Shown here one piece after another: positions 45,945 to 57,134 of a stretch of 64,000 nt of DNA. Below the pieces are notes generated by a model that searched no databases, was not told the DNA's origin, and saw only the letters and a program-made list of their open reading frames with translations. Origin of the DNA: Eledone cirrhosa. Its lineage: Eukaryota. The first letter of the stretch is position 1. Each line of letters starts with the position of its first letter. The translations under genes were made by a program, and so were the position numbers. The DNA is taken from contig OZ024741.1 in assembly GCA_964016885.1 (NCBI GenBank), positions 18,848,001 through 18,912,000 of the forward strand, written 5' to 3'.

Positions 45945-48900
45945 TAAGCTAGGCAGTGGGTCAGTATGTTTGAGCTGGGTAGTGGTGTGGTGTTGAGGGT
46001 CAGTATACCTGAGCTGGGTAGTGGGGTGGTGTTGAGGGTCAGTATACCTGAGCTGGGTAGTGGTGTGGTGTTGAGGGTCAGTATACCTGAGCTGGGAAGT
46101 GGGGTGGTGTTGAGGGTCAGTATACCTGAGCTGGGAAGTGGGGTGGTGTTGAGGGTCAGTATACCTGAGCTGGGTAGTGGGGTGGTGTTGAGGGTCAGTA
46201 TACCTGAGCTGGGAAGTGGGGTGGTGTTGAGGGTCAGTATACCTGAGCTGGGTAGTGGGGTGGTGTTGAGGGTCAGTATACCTGAGCTGGGAAGTGGGGT
46301 GGTGTTGAGGGTCAGTATACCTGAGCTGGGTAGTGGGGTGGTGTTGAGGGTTGGTGTGCTTGAGCTGGGTAGTGGGGTGGTGTTGAGGGTCAGTATACCT
46401 GAGCTGGGTAGTGGGGTGGTGTTGAGGGTTGGTGTGCTTGAGCTGGGTAGTGGGGTGGTGTTGAGGGTCAGTATACCTGAGCTGGGTAGTGGGGTGGTGT
46501 TGAGGGTCAGTATACCTGAGCTGGGTAGTGGGGTGGTGTTGAGGGTCAGTATACCTGAGCTGGGTAGTGGGGTGGTGTTGAGGGTTGGTGTGCTTGAGCT
46601 GGGTAGTGGGGTGGTGTTGAGGGTCAGTATACCTGAGCTGGGTAGTGGGGTGGTGTTGAGGGTCAGTATACCTGAGCTGGGTAGTGGGGTGGTGTTGAGG
46701 GTCAGTATACCTGAGCTGGGTAGTGGGGTGGTGTTGAGGGTCAGTATACCTGAGCTGGGTAGTGGGGTGGTGTTGAGGGTCAGTATACCTGAGCTGGGTA
46801 GTGGGGTGGTGTTGAGGGTCAGTATACCTGAGCTGGGTAGTGGGGTGGTGTTGAGGGTTGGTATACCTGAGCTGGGTAGTGGGGTGGTGCCAAGGGTCAG
46901 TATACCTGAGCTGGGTAGTGGGGTGGTGTTGAGGGTCAGTATACCTGAGCTGGGTAGTGGGGTGGTGTTGAGCGTCAGTATACCTGAGCTGGGTAGTGGT
47001 GTGGTGTTGAGGGTCAGTATACCTGAGCTGGGTAGTGGGGTGGTGTTGAGGGTCAGTATACCTGAGCTGGGTAGTGGGGTGGTGTTGAGGGTTGGTGTGC
47101 TTGAGCTGGGTAGTGGGGTGGTGTTGAGGGTCAGTATACCTGAGCTGGGTAGTGGGGTGGTGTTGAGGGTCAGTATACCTGAGCTGGGTAGTGGGGTGGT
47201 GTTGAGGGTCAGTATACCTGAGCTGGGTAGTGGGGTGGTGTTGAGGGTTGGTATACCTGAGCTGGGTAGTGGGGTGGTGCCAAGGGTCAGTATACCTGAG
47301 CTGGGTAGTGGGGTGGTGTTGAGGGTCAGTATACCTGAGCTGGGTAGTGGGGTGGTGTTGAGGGTCAGTATACCTGAGCTGGGTAGTGGGGTGGTGTTGA
47401 GGGTCAGTATACCTGAGCTGGGTAGTGGGGTGGTGTTGAGGGTTGGTGTGCTTGAGCTGGGTAGTGGGGTGGTGTTGAGGGTCAGTATACCTGAGCTGGG
47501 TAGTGGGGTGGTGTTGAGGGTTAGTATACCTGAGCTGGGTAGTGGGGTGGTGTTGAGGGTTGGTATACCTGAGCTGAGTAGTGGGGTGGTGTTGAGGGTC
47601 AGTATACCTGAGCTGGGTAGTGGGGTGGTGTTGAGGGTTAGTATACCTGAGCTGGGAAGTGGGGTGGTGTTGAGGGTTGGTATACCTGAGCTGAGTAGTG
47701 GGGTGGTATTGAGGGTCAGTATACCTGAGCTGGGTAGTGGGGTGGTGTTGAGGGTCAGTATACCTGAGCTGGGTAGTGGGGTGGTGTTGAGGGTCAGTAT
47801 ACCTGAGCTGGGTAGTTGGGTGGTGTTGAGGGTCAGTATACCTGAGCTGGGTAGTGGGGTGGTGCCAAGGGTCAGTATACCTGAGCTGGGTAGTGGTGTG
47901 GTGTTGAGGGTCAGTATACCTGAGCTGGGTAGTGGTGTAGTGTTGAGGGTCAGTATACCTGAGCTGGGTAGTGGTGTAGTGTTGAGGGTCAGTATACCTG
48001 AGTTGGGTAGTGGGGTGGTGTTGAGGGTCAGTATACCTGAGCTGGGTAGTGGTGTGGTGTTGAGGGTCAGTATACCTGAGCTGGGTAGTGGTGTAGTGTT
48101 GAGGGTCAGTATACCTGAGCTGGGTAGTGGTGTAGTGTTGAGGGTCAGTATACCTGAGCTGGGTAGTGGGGTGGTGTTGAGGGTCAGTATACCTGAGCTG
48201 AGTAGTGGGGTGGTGTTGAGGGTCAGTATACCTGAGCTGGGTAGTGGTGTAGTGTTGAGGGTCAGTATACCTGAGCTGGGTAGTGGGCTGGTGTTGAGGG
48301 TCAGTATACCTGAGCTGGGTAGTGGTGTAGTGTTGAGGGTCAGTATACCTGAGCTGGGTAGTGGGGTGGTGTTGAGGGTCAGTATACCTGAGCTGAGTAG
48401 TGGGGTGGTGTTGAGGGTCAGTATACCTGAGCTGGGTAGTGGGGTGGTGTTGAGGGTCAGTATACCTGAGCTGGGTAGTGGGGTGGTGTTGAGTGTCCGT
48501 ATACCTGAGCTGGGTAGTGGGGTGGTGTTGAGGATCAGTATACCTGAGCTGGGTAGTGGGGTGGTGTTGAGGGTCAGTATACCTGAGCTGGGTAGTGGTG
48601 TAGTGTTGAGGGTCAGTATACCTGAGCTGGGTAGTGGGGTGGTGTTGAGGGTCAGTATACCTGAGCTGGGTAGTGGGGTGGTGTTGAGGGTCAGTATACC
48701 TGAGCTGGGTAGTGGTGTAGTGTTGAGGGTCAGTATACCTGAGCTGGGTAGTGGTGTAGTGTTGAGGGTCAGTATACCTGAGCTGGGTAGTGGGGTGGTG
48801 TTGAGGGTCAGTATACCTGAGCTGAGTAGTGGGGTGGTGTTGAGGGTCAGTATACCTGAGCTGGGTAGTGGGGTGGTGTTGAGGGTCAGTATACCTGAGC

Positions 48901-50535
48901 TGGGTAGTGGGGTGGTATTGAGCGTCAGTATACCTGAGCTGAGTAGTGGGGTGGTGTTGAGGGTCAGTATACCTGAGCTGGGTAGTGGGGTGGTGTTGAG
49001 GGTCAGTATACCTGAGCTAGGTAGTGGTGTAGTGTTGAGGGTCAGTATACCTGAGCTGGGTAGTGGTGTGGTGTTGAGGGTCAGTATACCTGAGCTGGGT
49101 AGTGGGGTGGTGTTGAGGGTCAGTATACCTGAGCTGGGTAGTGGGGTGGTGCCAAGGGTCAGTATACCTGAGCTGGGTAGTGGGGTGGTGTTGAGGGTCA
49201 GTATACCTGAGCTGGGTAGTGGTGTATTGTTGAGGGTCAGTATACTTGAGCTGGGCAGTGGTGTAGTGTTGAGGGTCAGTATACCTGAGCTAGGTAGTGG
49301 GGTGGTGTTGAGGGCCAGTATACCTGAGCTGGGTAGTGGGGTGGTGTTGAGGGTCGGTATACCTGAGCTGGGTAGTTGGGTGGTGTTGAGGGTCAGTATA
49401 CCTGAACTGGGCAGTGTTGTAGTGTTGAGGGCCAGTATACCTGAGCTGGGTAGTTGGGTGGTGTTGAGGGTCAGTATACCTGAGCTGGGTAGTGGGGTGG
49501 TGTTGAGGGTCAGTATACCTGAGCTGTGTAGTGTTGAGGGTCAGTATATCTGAGCTGGGCAGTGTTGTAGTGTTGAGGGTCAGTATACCTGAGCTGTGTA
49601 GTGTTGAGGCTCAGTATATCTGAGCTGGGCAGTGGGGTAGTGTTGAGGGTCAGTATACCTGAGCTGGGTATTGGGGTAGTGTTGAGGGTCAGTATACCTG
49701 AGCTGGGTAGTGGGGTGGTGTTGAGGGTCAGTATACCTGAGCTGGGCAGTGGTGTAGTGTTGAGGGTCAGTATACCTGAGCTGGGCAGTGGTGTGGTGTT
49801 GAGGGTCAGTATACCTGAGCTGGGTAGTGGGGTGGTGTTGAGGGTCAGTATACCTGAGCTGGGTAGTGGGGTGGTGTTGAGGGTTAGTATACCTGAGCTG
49901 GGTAGTGGGGTGGTGTTGAGGGTCAGTATACCTGAGCTGGGCAGTTGTATAGTGTTGAGGGTCAGTATACCTGAGCTGGGTAGTGGGGTGGTGTTGAGGG
50001 TCAGTATATCTGAGCTGGGCAGTGGTGTAGTGTTGAGGGTCAGTATACCTGAGCTGGGCAGTGGTGTAGTGTTGAGGGTCAGTATACCTGAGCTGGGTAG
50101 TGGGGTGGTGTTGAGGGTCAGTATACCTGAGCTGGGCAGTGGTGTAGTGTTGAGGGTCAGTATACCTGAGCTGGGTAGTGGGGTGGTGTTGAGGGTCAGT
50201 ATACCTGAGCTGGGTAGTGGTGTGGTGTTGAGGGTCAGTATACCTGAGCTGGGTAGTGGGTGGTGTTGAGGGTCAGTATACCTGAGCTGGGCAGTGGTGT
50301 AGTGTTGAGGGTCAGTATACCTGAGCTGGGTAGTGGGGTGGTGTTGAGGGTCAGTATACCTGAGCTGGGTAGTGGGGTGGTGTTGAGGGTCAGTATACCT
50401 GAGCTGAGTAGTGGGGTGGTGTCAAGGGTCAGTATACCTGAGCTGGGTAGTGGGGTGGTGTTAAGGGTCAGTATACCTGAGCTGGGTAGTGGGGTGGTGT
50501 TGAGGGTCAGTATACCTGAGCTAGGCAGTGGGGTG
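45945..50535. repeat. 39-bp G-rich minisatellite, ~117 copies
   Basis: Unit GAGGGTCAGTATACCTGAGCTGGGTAGTGGGGTGGTGTT. Confidence 0.97.
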
Positions 50536-51204
50536 AGCTCCTGCTGGACTACAAAATGACTCACATATGTTTTTTATCACCTCTGCCCCCCCCCCCCCAT
50601 GTGTCCTCCTTCGTGGCAGTGGCTTCACCAAACTGGGTTGGGTGTGAAAGTGAGAGCTCAGTACTATAACCAATGTAATGCTTGGATTACACTATCCTAA
50701 AGTACATATACTTGTGGCTGGGCACCACTTGTGGAACCAAACACCTGAAGAATCTCCATTGAAATAAACTTACACTGTGAATTCCTTGGATGCAGCTAGC
50801 TCAACCTACCCCGGGTGGACACCGCTACAAGTATAAGTAAAGTAAGTAGACAGAAGTTTGTGAGAGGATTGGAGATATGGTGTGCTGCACACCTGTCCTG
50901 CACACCTGCCCATGTGGGTTTACTAGTGGTGGTGTTAGATCTACAGATTTTAGGTCTCACTGAGACATGGATGGGGGACAGTTAGAATTATGGGAGGCAG
51001 ACTTATCAAATCCCCATGGATAGAGGGGGGGGCTAGATATATGATGTGCTGCACACCTATCTAACCCACATGGATATCAAAACATTGATGATGACAGCTC
51101 TGTTTAGAAGAGTGTGTGTGTAATAATATGGTTGGTTACACTGTTGGCTTTGTGTGTGTTTGTGATGACGTGATGGGTGACACTACTGACTGTATGCATG
51201 GGTG

Positions 51205-51235
<31 letters not shown>

Positions 51236-51475
51236 CTGTGATGACGTGATAGGTCACACTACTGGCTGTGTCTGTGTCATGATGGGTCACACTACTGGCT
51301 GTGTGCGTGTGTGTGTATATGTGTGTATGTACGTGTGTATCATAACATGGTTGGTTACACTAATAGATGTGTGTATATGTGTGTGAAGCAAATGTCACAG
51401 CAACACTTCAGCTTGTGTTTAGTGTGTGAGAATCAAGAAAATAGAAAAACAAGTCAACTGGAAAAGTCTACAATG

Positions 51476-51527
<52 letters not shown>

Positions 51528-51566
51528 AAGTAAGATGTTATATATTAAATAGTAAATAGTTAGACT

Positions 51567-52105
51567 GATATAACATAGCTGGTGGTCTGGGGACCACTGG
51601 ACACTGGGGCTAAACTACAACTACTATATATAACATAGCTGGTGGTCTGGGGACCACTGGACACTGGGGCTAAACTACAACTACTATATATAACATAGCT
51701 GGTGGTCTGGGAACCACTGGACACTGGGGCTAAACTACAACTACTATATATAACATAGCTGGTGGTCTGGGAACCACTGGACACTGGGGCTAAACTACAA
51801 CTACTATATATAACATAGCTGGTGGTCTGGGGACCACTGGACACTGGGGCTAAACTACAACTACTATATATAACATAGCTGGTGGTCTGGGGACCACTGG
51901 ACACTGGGGCTAAACTACAACTACTATATATAACATAGCTGGTGGTCTGGGGACCACTGGACACTGGGGCTAAACTACAACTACTATATATAACATAGCT
52001 GGTGGTCTGGGGACCACTGGACACTGGGGCTAAACTACAACTACTATATATAACATAGCTGGTGGTCTGTGAACCACTGGACATGGGGTCTAAACTACTA
52101 CTACT
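51567..52105. repeat. 60-bp minisatellite, 9 copies
   Basis: Consecutive 60-nt lines are nearly identical; internal hairpin GTGGTC-TGGG-GACCAC. Confidence 0.97.
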
Positions 52106-52351
52106 TCTATAGACAATAGTGAGGCTTTCATATGGTCATTTGATCTGCTAAATACAGCTGTAATTGCCCCCTGGCTCTATCATACACTGCTACCCATTTT
52201 AAAGTGTTTCTATTTATATTAAAACCTATCATAATTTTATGTAAGAAATGTTTAGAAAAACGTCCCAAACACCAACTTACTAATGATGAAATTTGTTATT
52301 TTATAAAACCCTTCAAACTTTGTTAGTTTCAAAATTAATTGTAATTAATTT

Positions 52352-52590
52352 TGGCCGACTGACTGGCTGGCCACCTACCTGGCTGGCCGACTGGCTGGCT
52401 GGTCTATTGACTGGCTGGCCGACTGGTTGGCTGACTGATTTACTAGCTGGCTGGCTGGTTTATTGGCTGGCTAGCTGGCTGGCTGGCTAGTTGGCTGGCT
52501 GGTTTACTGGCTGGCTGGCTTACTGGCAGGCTTTACTCACTGGCTTGCTGGCCGACTGGTTGGCTGGCGAACTGGCTGGCTGGTTTACTG
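52352..52590. repeat. Degenerate (GGCT)n microsatellite
   Basis: Direct reading. Confidence 0.85.
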
Positions 52591-52734
52591 AAGTTAGTTG
52601 TGGGATCTTTTGCATATCAGAACTCCAAGAATCTTGACTCCTCTCTATTTCTAGTACCAATGAATTCATTTACAAAAATATTGTTAATTAAAAGACAAAA
52701 AATTTGAGTGTAATCAAGAGCAAATTTAATCTAC

Positions 52735-54935
52735 TTTACATCTAACCACCCTTGTCATCTAAACACCCTTGTCATCTAACCACCCTTGTCATCTAAACAG
52801 CCTTATCATCTAAACACCCTTGTCATCTAAACACCCTTGTCATCTAAACACCCTTGTCATCTAACCACCCTTGTCATTAAACACACTTTACATGTAAACA
52901 CCTTTACATCTAAACACCCTTTACATCTAAACACCCTTTACATCTAACCACTCTTTACATCTAACCACTCTTTACATCTAGCCACTCTTTACATCTAAAC
53001 ACTCTTTACATCTAAACACTCTTTACATCTAAACACTCTTTACATCTAACCACCCTTTACATCTAAACACTCTTTACATCTAACCACTCTTTACATCTAA
53101 CCACTCTTTACATCTAAACACTCTTTACATCTAAACACTCTTTACATCAAAACACTCTTTACATCTAAACCCTCTTTACATCTAAACACTCTTTACATCT
53201 AACCACTCTTTACATCTAACCACTCTTTACATCTAAACACTCTTTACATCTAACCACCCTTGTCATCTAACCACCCTTTACATCTAAACCCTCTTTACAT
53301 CTAAACCCTCTTTACATCTAAACCCTCTTTACATCTAAACCCTCTTTACATCTAAACACTCTTTACATCTAAACACTCTTTACATCTAACCACTCTTTAC
53401 ATCTAACCACTCTTTACATCTAACCACTCTTTACATCTAAACACTCTTTACATCTAACCACCCTTGTCATCTAACCACCCTTTACATCTAAACCCTCTTT
53501 ACATCTAAACCCTCTTTACATCTAAACCCTCTTTACATCTAAACCCTCTTTACATCTAAACACTCTTTACATCTAAACACTCTTTACATCTAAACACTCT
53601 TTACATCTAAACACTCTTTACATCTAAACACTCTTTACATCTAACCACTCTTTACATCTAACCACTCTTTACATCTAACCACCCTTGTCATCTAACCACC
53701 CTTTACATCTAACCACCCTTTACGTCTAAACACCCTTTACATATAACCACGCTTTACATCTAACCACCCTTTACATCTAACCACCCTTTACATCTAACCA
53801 CTCTTTACATCTAACCACCCTTTACATCTAAACACTCTTTACATCGAACCACTCTTTACATCTAAACACCCTTGTCATCTAACCACCCTTTACATCTAAA
53901 CACCCTTTACATATAACCACGCTTTACATCTAAACACCCTTGTCATCTAACCACCCTTTACATCTAACCACCCTTTACATCTAACCACCCTTTACATCTA
54001 ACCACCCTTTACATCTAAAACACCCTTTACATATAACCACGCTTTACATCTAAACACCCTTGTCATCTAAACACCCTTGTCATCTAACCACCCTTTACAT
54101 CTAACCACCCTTTACATCTAACCACCCTTTACATCTAAACACCCTTCACATATAACCACGCTTTACATCTAAACACCCTTGTCATCTAACCACTCTTTAC
54201 ATTTAACCACTCTTTACATCTAAACACCCTTTACATCTAAACACTCTTTACATCTAACCACTCTTTACATCTAAACACTCTTTACATCTAAACACTCTTT
54301 ACATCTAACCACTCTTTACATCTAACCACGCTTGTCATCTAACCACCCTTTACATCTAAACCCTCTTTACATTTAAACCCTCTTTACATTTAAACCCTCT
54401 TTACATCTAAACCCTCTTTACATCTAAACCCTCTTTACATCTAAACACTCTTTACATCTAAACCCTCTTTACATCTAAACCCTCTTTTCATCTAAACACT
54501 CTTTTCATCTAACCACTCTTTTCATCTAACCACTCTTTACATCTAACCACTCTTTACATCTAACCACTCTTTACATCTAACCACTCTTTACATCTAACCA
54601 CCCTTTACATCTAACAACTCTTTACATCTAAACACTCTTTACATCTAACCACCCTTTACATCTAAACACTCTTTTCATCTAAACACTCTTTACATTTAAC
54701 CACTCTTTACATCTAAACACTCTTTACATCTAAACACTCTTTACATCTAAACACTCTTTACATCTAAACACTCTTTACATCTAACCACTCTTTACATCTA
54801 AACCCTCTTTACATCTAAACCCTCTTTACATCTAAACCCTCTTTACATCTAAACCCTCTTTACATCTAAACCCTCTTTACATCTAAACACTCTTTACATC
54901 TAAACACTCTTTACATCTAAACACTTTTTACATAT
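52735..54935. repeat. 17-bp minisatellite, ~130 copies
   Basis: Unit CATCTAA(A/C)CAC(T/C)CTTTA. Confidence 0.95.
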
Positions 54936-55061
54936 AAAAACTAAATCTCTCCACCTCCTTCTCTATCTTATTTCAGTTTTTCCTCTTGTTTCTTCAATAT
55001 TTCAATAATGTTCTTTATTTATAAAAATCATCTTTTTATTTTTCTTTGTATTTGATTCTAG

Positions 55062-55073
55062 AAATGGACTCAG
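55062..55073 (+). CDS. Candidate 12-nt microexon (KWTQ) of the myosin V gene
   Basis: TCTTTTTATTTTTCTTTGTATTTGATTCTAG|AAATGGACTCAG|GTAAAC; a multiple of 3 and stop-free in phase 0. Confidence 0.35.
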
Positions 55074-55227
55074 GTAAACTATTTCTTTTTTGAAGTTGAA
55101 ATTTGTTTTTCCTCAACCTGCAACCCATCTTACATATGTGTTAAATATTAATTATTTAGTTTTTAGTTTCTGCAAATGCAAAATTTGTTTTGTTCATTGT
55201 TAATAAAACCTTCTATCAAAAGCTTTT

Positions 55228-55845
55228 TTTATTAAAAGCATGAGATAATGTTGGAAAGTTTCTAATTAAAGTATGTAATAATGTTGGAATGTTTACTAAT
55301 TAAAGTATGTAATAATGTTGGAAAGTTTACTAATTAAAGTATGTAATAATGTTGGAAAGTTTACTAATTAAAGTATGTAATAATGTTGGAAAGTTCCTAA
55401 TTAAAGCATGTGATAATGTTGGAAAGTTTCTATTGAAAGCATGTAATAATGTTGGAAAGTCTCTATTGAAAGCATGTAATAATGTTGGAAAGTCTCTATT
55501 GAAAGCATGTAATAATGTTGGAAAGACTCTATTGAAAGCATGTAATAATGTTGGAAATTTTCCATTATAAGTATGTGATAATGTTGGAAAGTTTTTTTTG
55601 AAAGCATGAGATAATGTTGGAAAATTTCTATTAAAAGTATGTGATAATTGTTTCTACTATTAGCACAAGGCCAGAAATTACCCAGTGCATTACTGGTACT
55701 TTATTTTATCGACCCCGTAAGGATGAAAGGCAAAGTTAACCTCGGCTGGATTTGAACTCAGATCGTAAAGGGACGTAACTATGCTGGAAAGCATGACGTC
55801 CGATGTGATAATGTTGGAAAGTCCCTATTGAAATTATGTGATAAA
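55228..55845. repeat. 33/34-bp minisatellite interrupted by a SINE
   Basis: Unit TAATAATGTTGGAAAGTCTCTATTGAAAGCATG. Confidence 0.9.
55649..55802 (-). mobile_element. 5'-truncated CORE/MIR-like SINE with 10-bp TSD
   Basis: TSD ATGTGATAAT at 55639-55648 and 55803-55812. Confidence 0.85.
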
Positions 55846-56126
55846 GTCTTTAAAACAAACGGGACTCATTGCAGATTGTAGTCTTAGATGCATTATGCTT
55901 GAAAAGATGGAAAAAAATTGGAAAAAAAAGATGGTTTGGTCATGACTGGAACATCTAATGAAAAAAAAATTAAATATTTGAACGCAAAGTAAAAATATGT
56001 CAGGAGTAAAATGTAGTTGTTTAGTATGGTCACCACCACAACCAATCCCACCCCAGCAATGATACCGGTAGGTATCCCAGTCTCAACATCTCCCCCTTAA
56101 CATCACCATCTGTACACTGAGTATCC

Positions 56127-56365
56127 TAGTGCTGGTACCACTACAAAAGCACCCAGTCCATCCTGTAAGGTAGTAGTGCTGGTACCACTACAAAAAGCAC
56201 CCAGTCCATCCTGTAAGGCAGTAGTGCTGGTACCACTACAAAAAGCACCCAGTCCATCCTGTAAGGTAGTAGTGCTGGTACCACTACAAAAAGCACCCAG
56301 TCCATCCTGTAAGGTAGTAGTGCTGGTACCACTACAAAAAGCACCCAGTCCACCTTGTAAGGTGG
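56127..56365. repeat. 48-bp minisatellite (~5 copies), SINE-derived
   Basis: Unit TAGTGCTGGTACCACTACAAAAAGCACCCAGTCCATCCTGTAAGGTAG shares AAAAAGCACCCAGT...GTAA with the SINE internal repeat. Confidence 0.88.
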
Positions 56366-57134
56366 CCTCATAGTTTTGGCCTTTTCCCTCCTTTTCCTCT
56401 TATTTATGGCATTTATCGTCCTTTCCTCTACTTTCCTATACAGCCTGATCTGCCTTCTTTACCCCCTTCCCCCCTCTGTTCATTGCTTCCTTTTTTTCTT
56501 TTTCATTCATATTTCCATCAATATTATGTTTGTAATGTTATTTATACAACAGTTTAGTAACTGAATGTTTGTATATTTGTCATTTAATTGTCAAAACTCT
56601 TTCATCACACATTCTGTAACCTTCTCATTTACTGTTTTTGCTCCTCTGTGTCTCCTCTTTGTTCTGATCTTGTCTTTTTGTGGTGCATATGTGGACTCTT
56701 TCTCTCTCTACATAAATATATCACACTCTCTAGAAGACAGTTACATTACTAAATCTCTCCAAATTCTTAATTATTTTCAAAATACTCCATCATCATAGTT
56801 GCTCTATTTCATGAGAAATATAGCAATGAGAAGGTAAAAAGTTGTAGACATTTTTCCTGTGCCAACCTCATTGTTTTATCCACAAGACATCGACACCTGT
56901 AATGTAGAGAAGTAGAATATAACAAAATAGCAGGATTTGACCGTTTCCTTTTCATAGCTGTTGCTATTAAGACACCCTGTAACTATTGACCCATTGACCT
57001 GCTTCATTCATTGACACAGCTCACTGTAAATGACTTGTGGTAGAAGTCTATTGGTTACAAACTGTTTTACTATATACACAATAGTCTTTAGTCTGATGGT
57101 CAAGTTGACAAAACCCTCCCTGGCCTAGGCTCCC

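Noticed and set aside
45966-49553. 1195-aa ORF of 13-aa repeats (and the following 222-aa and 99-aa ORFs)
   Set aside because: It is a by-product of a 39-bp unit with a stop-free frame. There is no unique domain, the frame is broken by indels near 49530 and 50260, and no splice signals link it to a gene.
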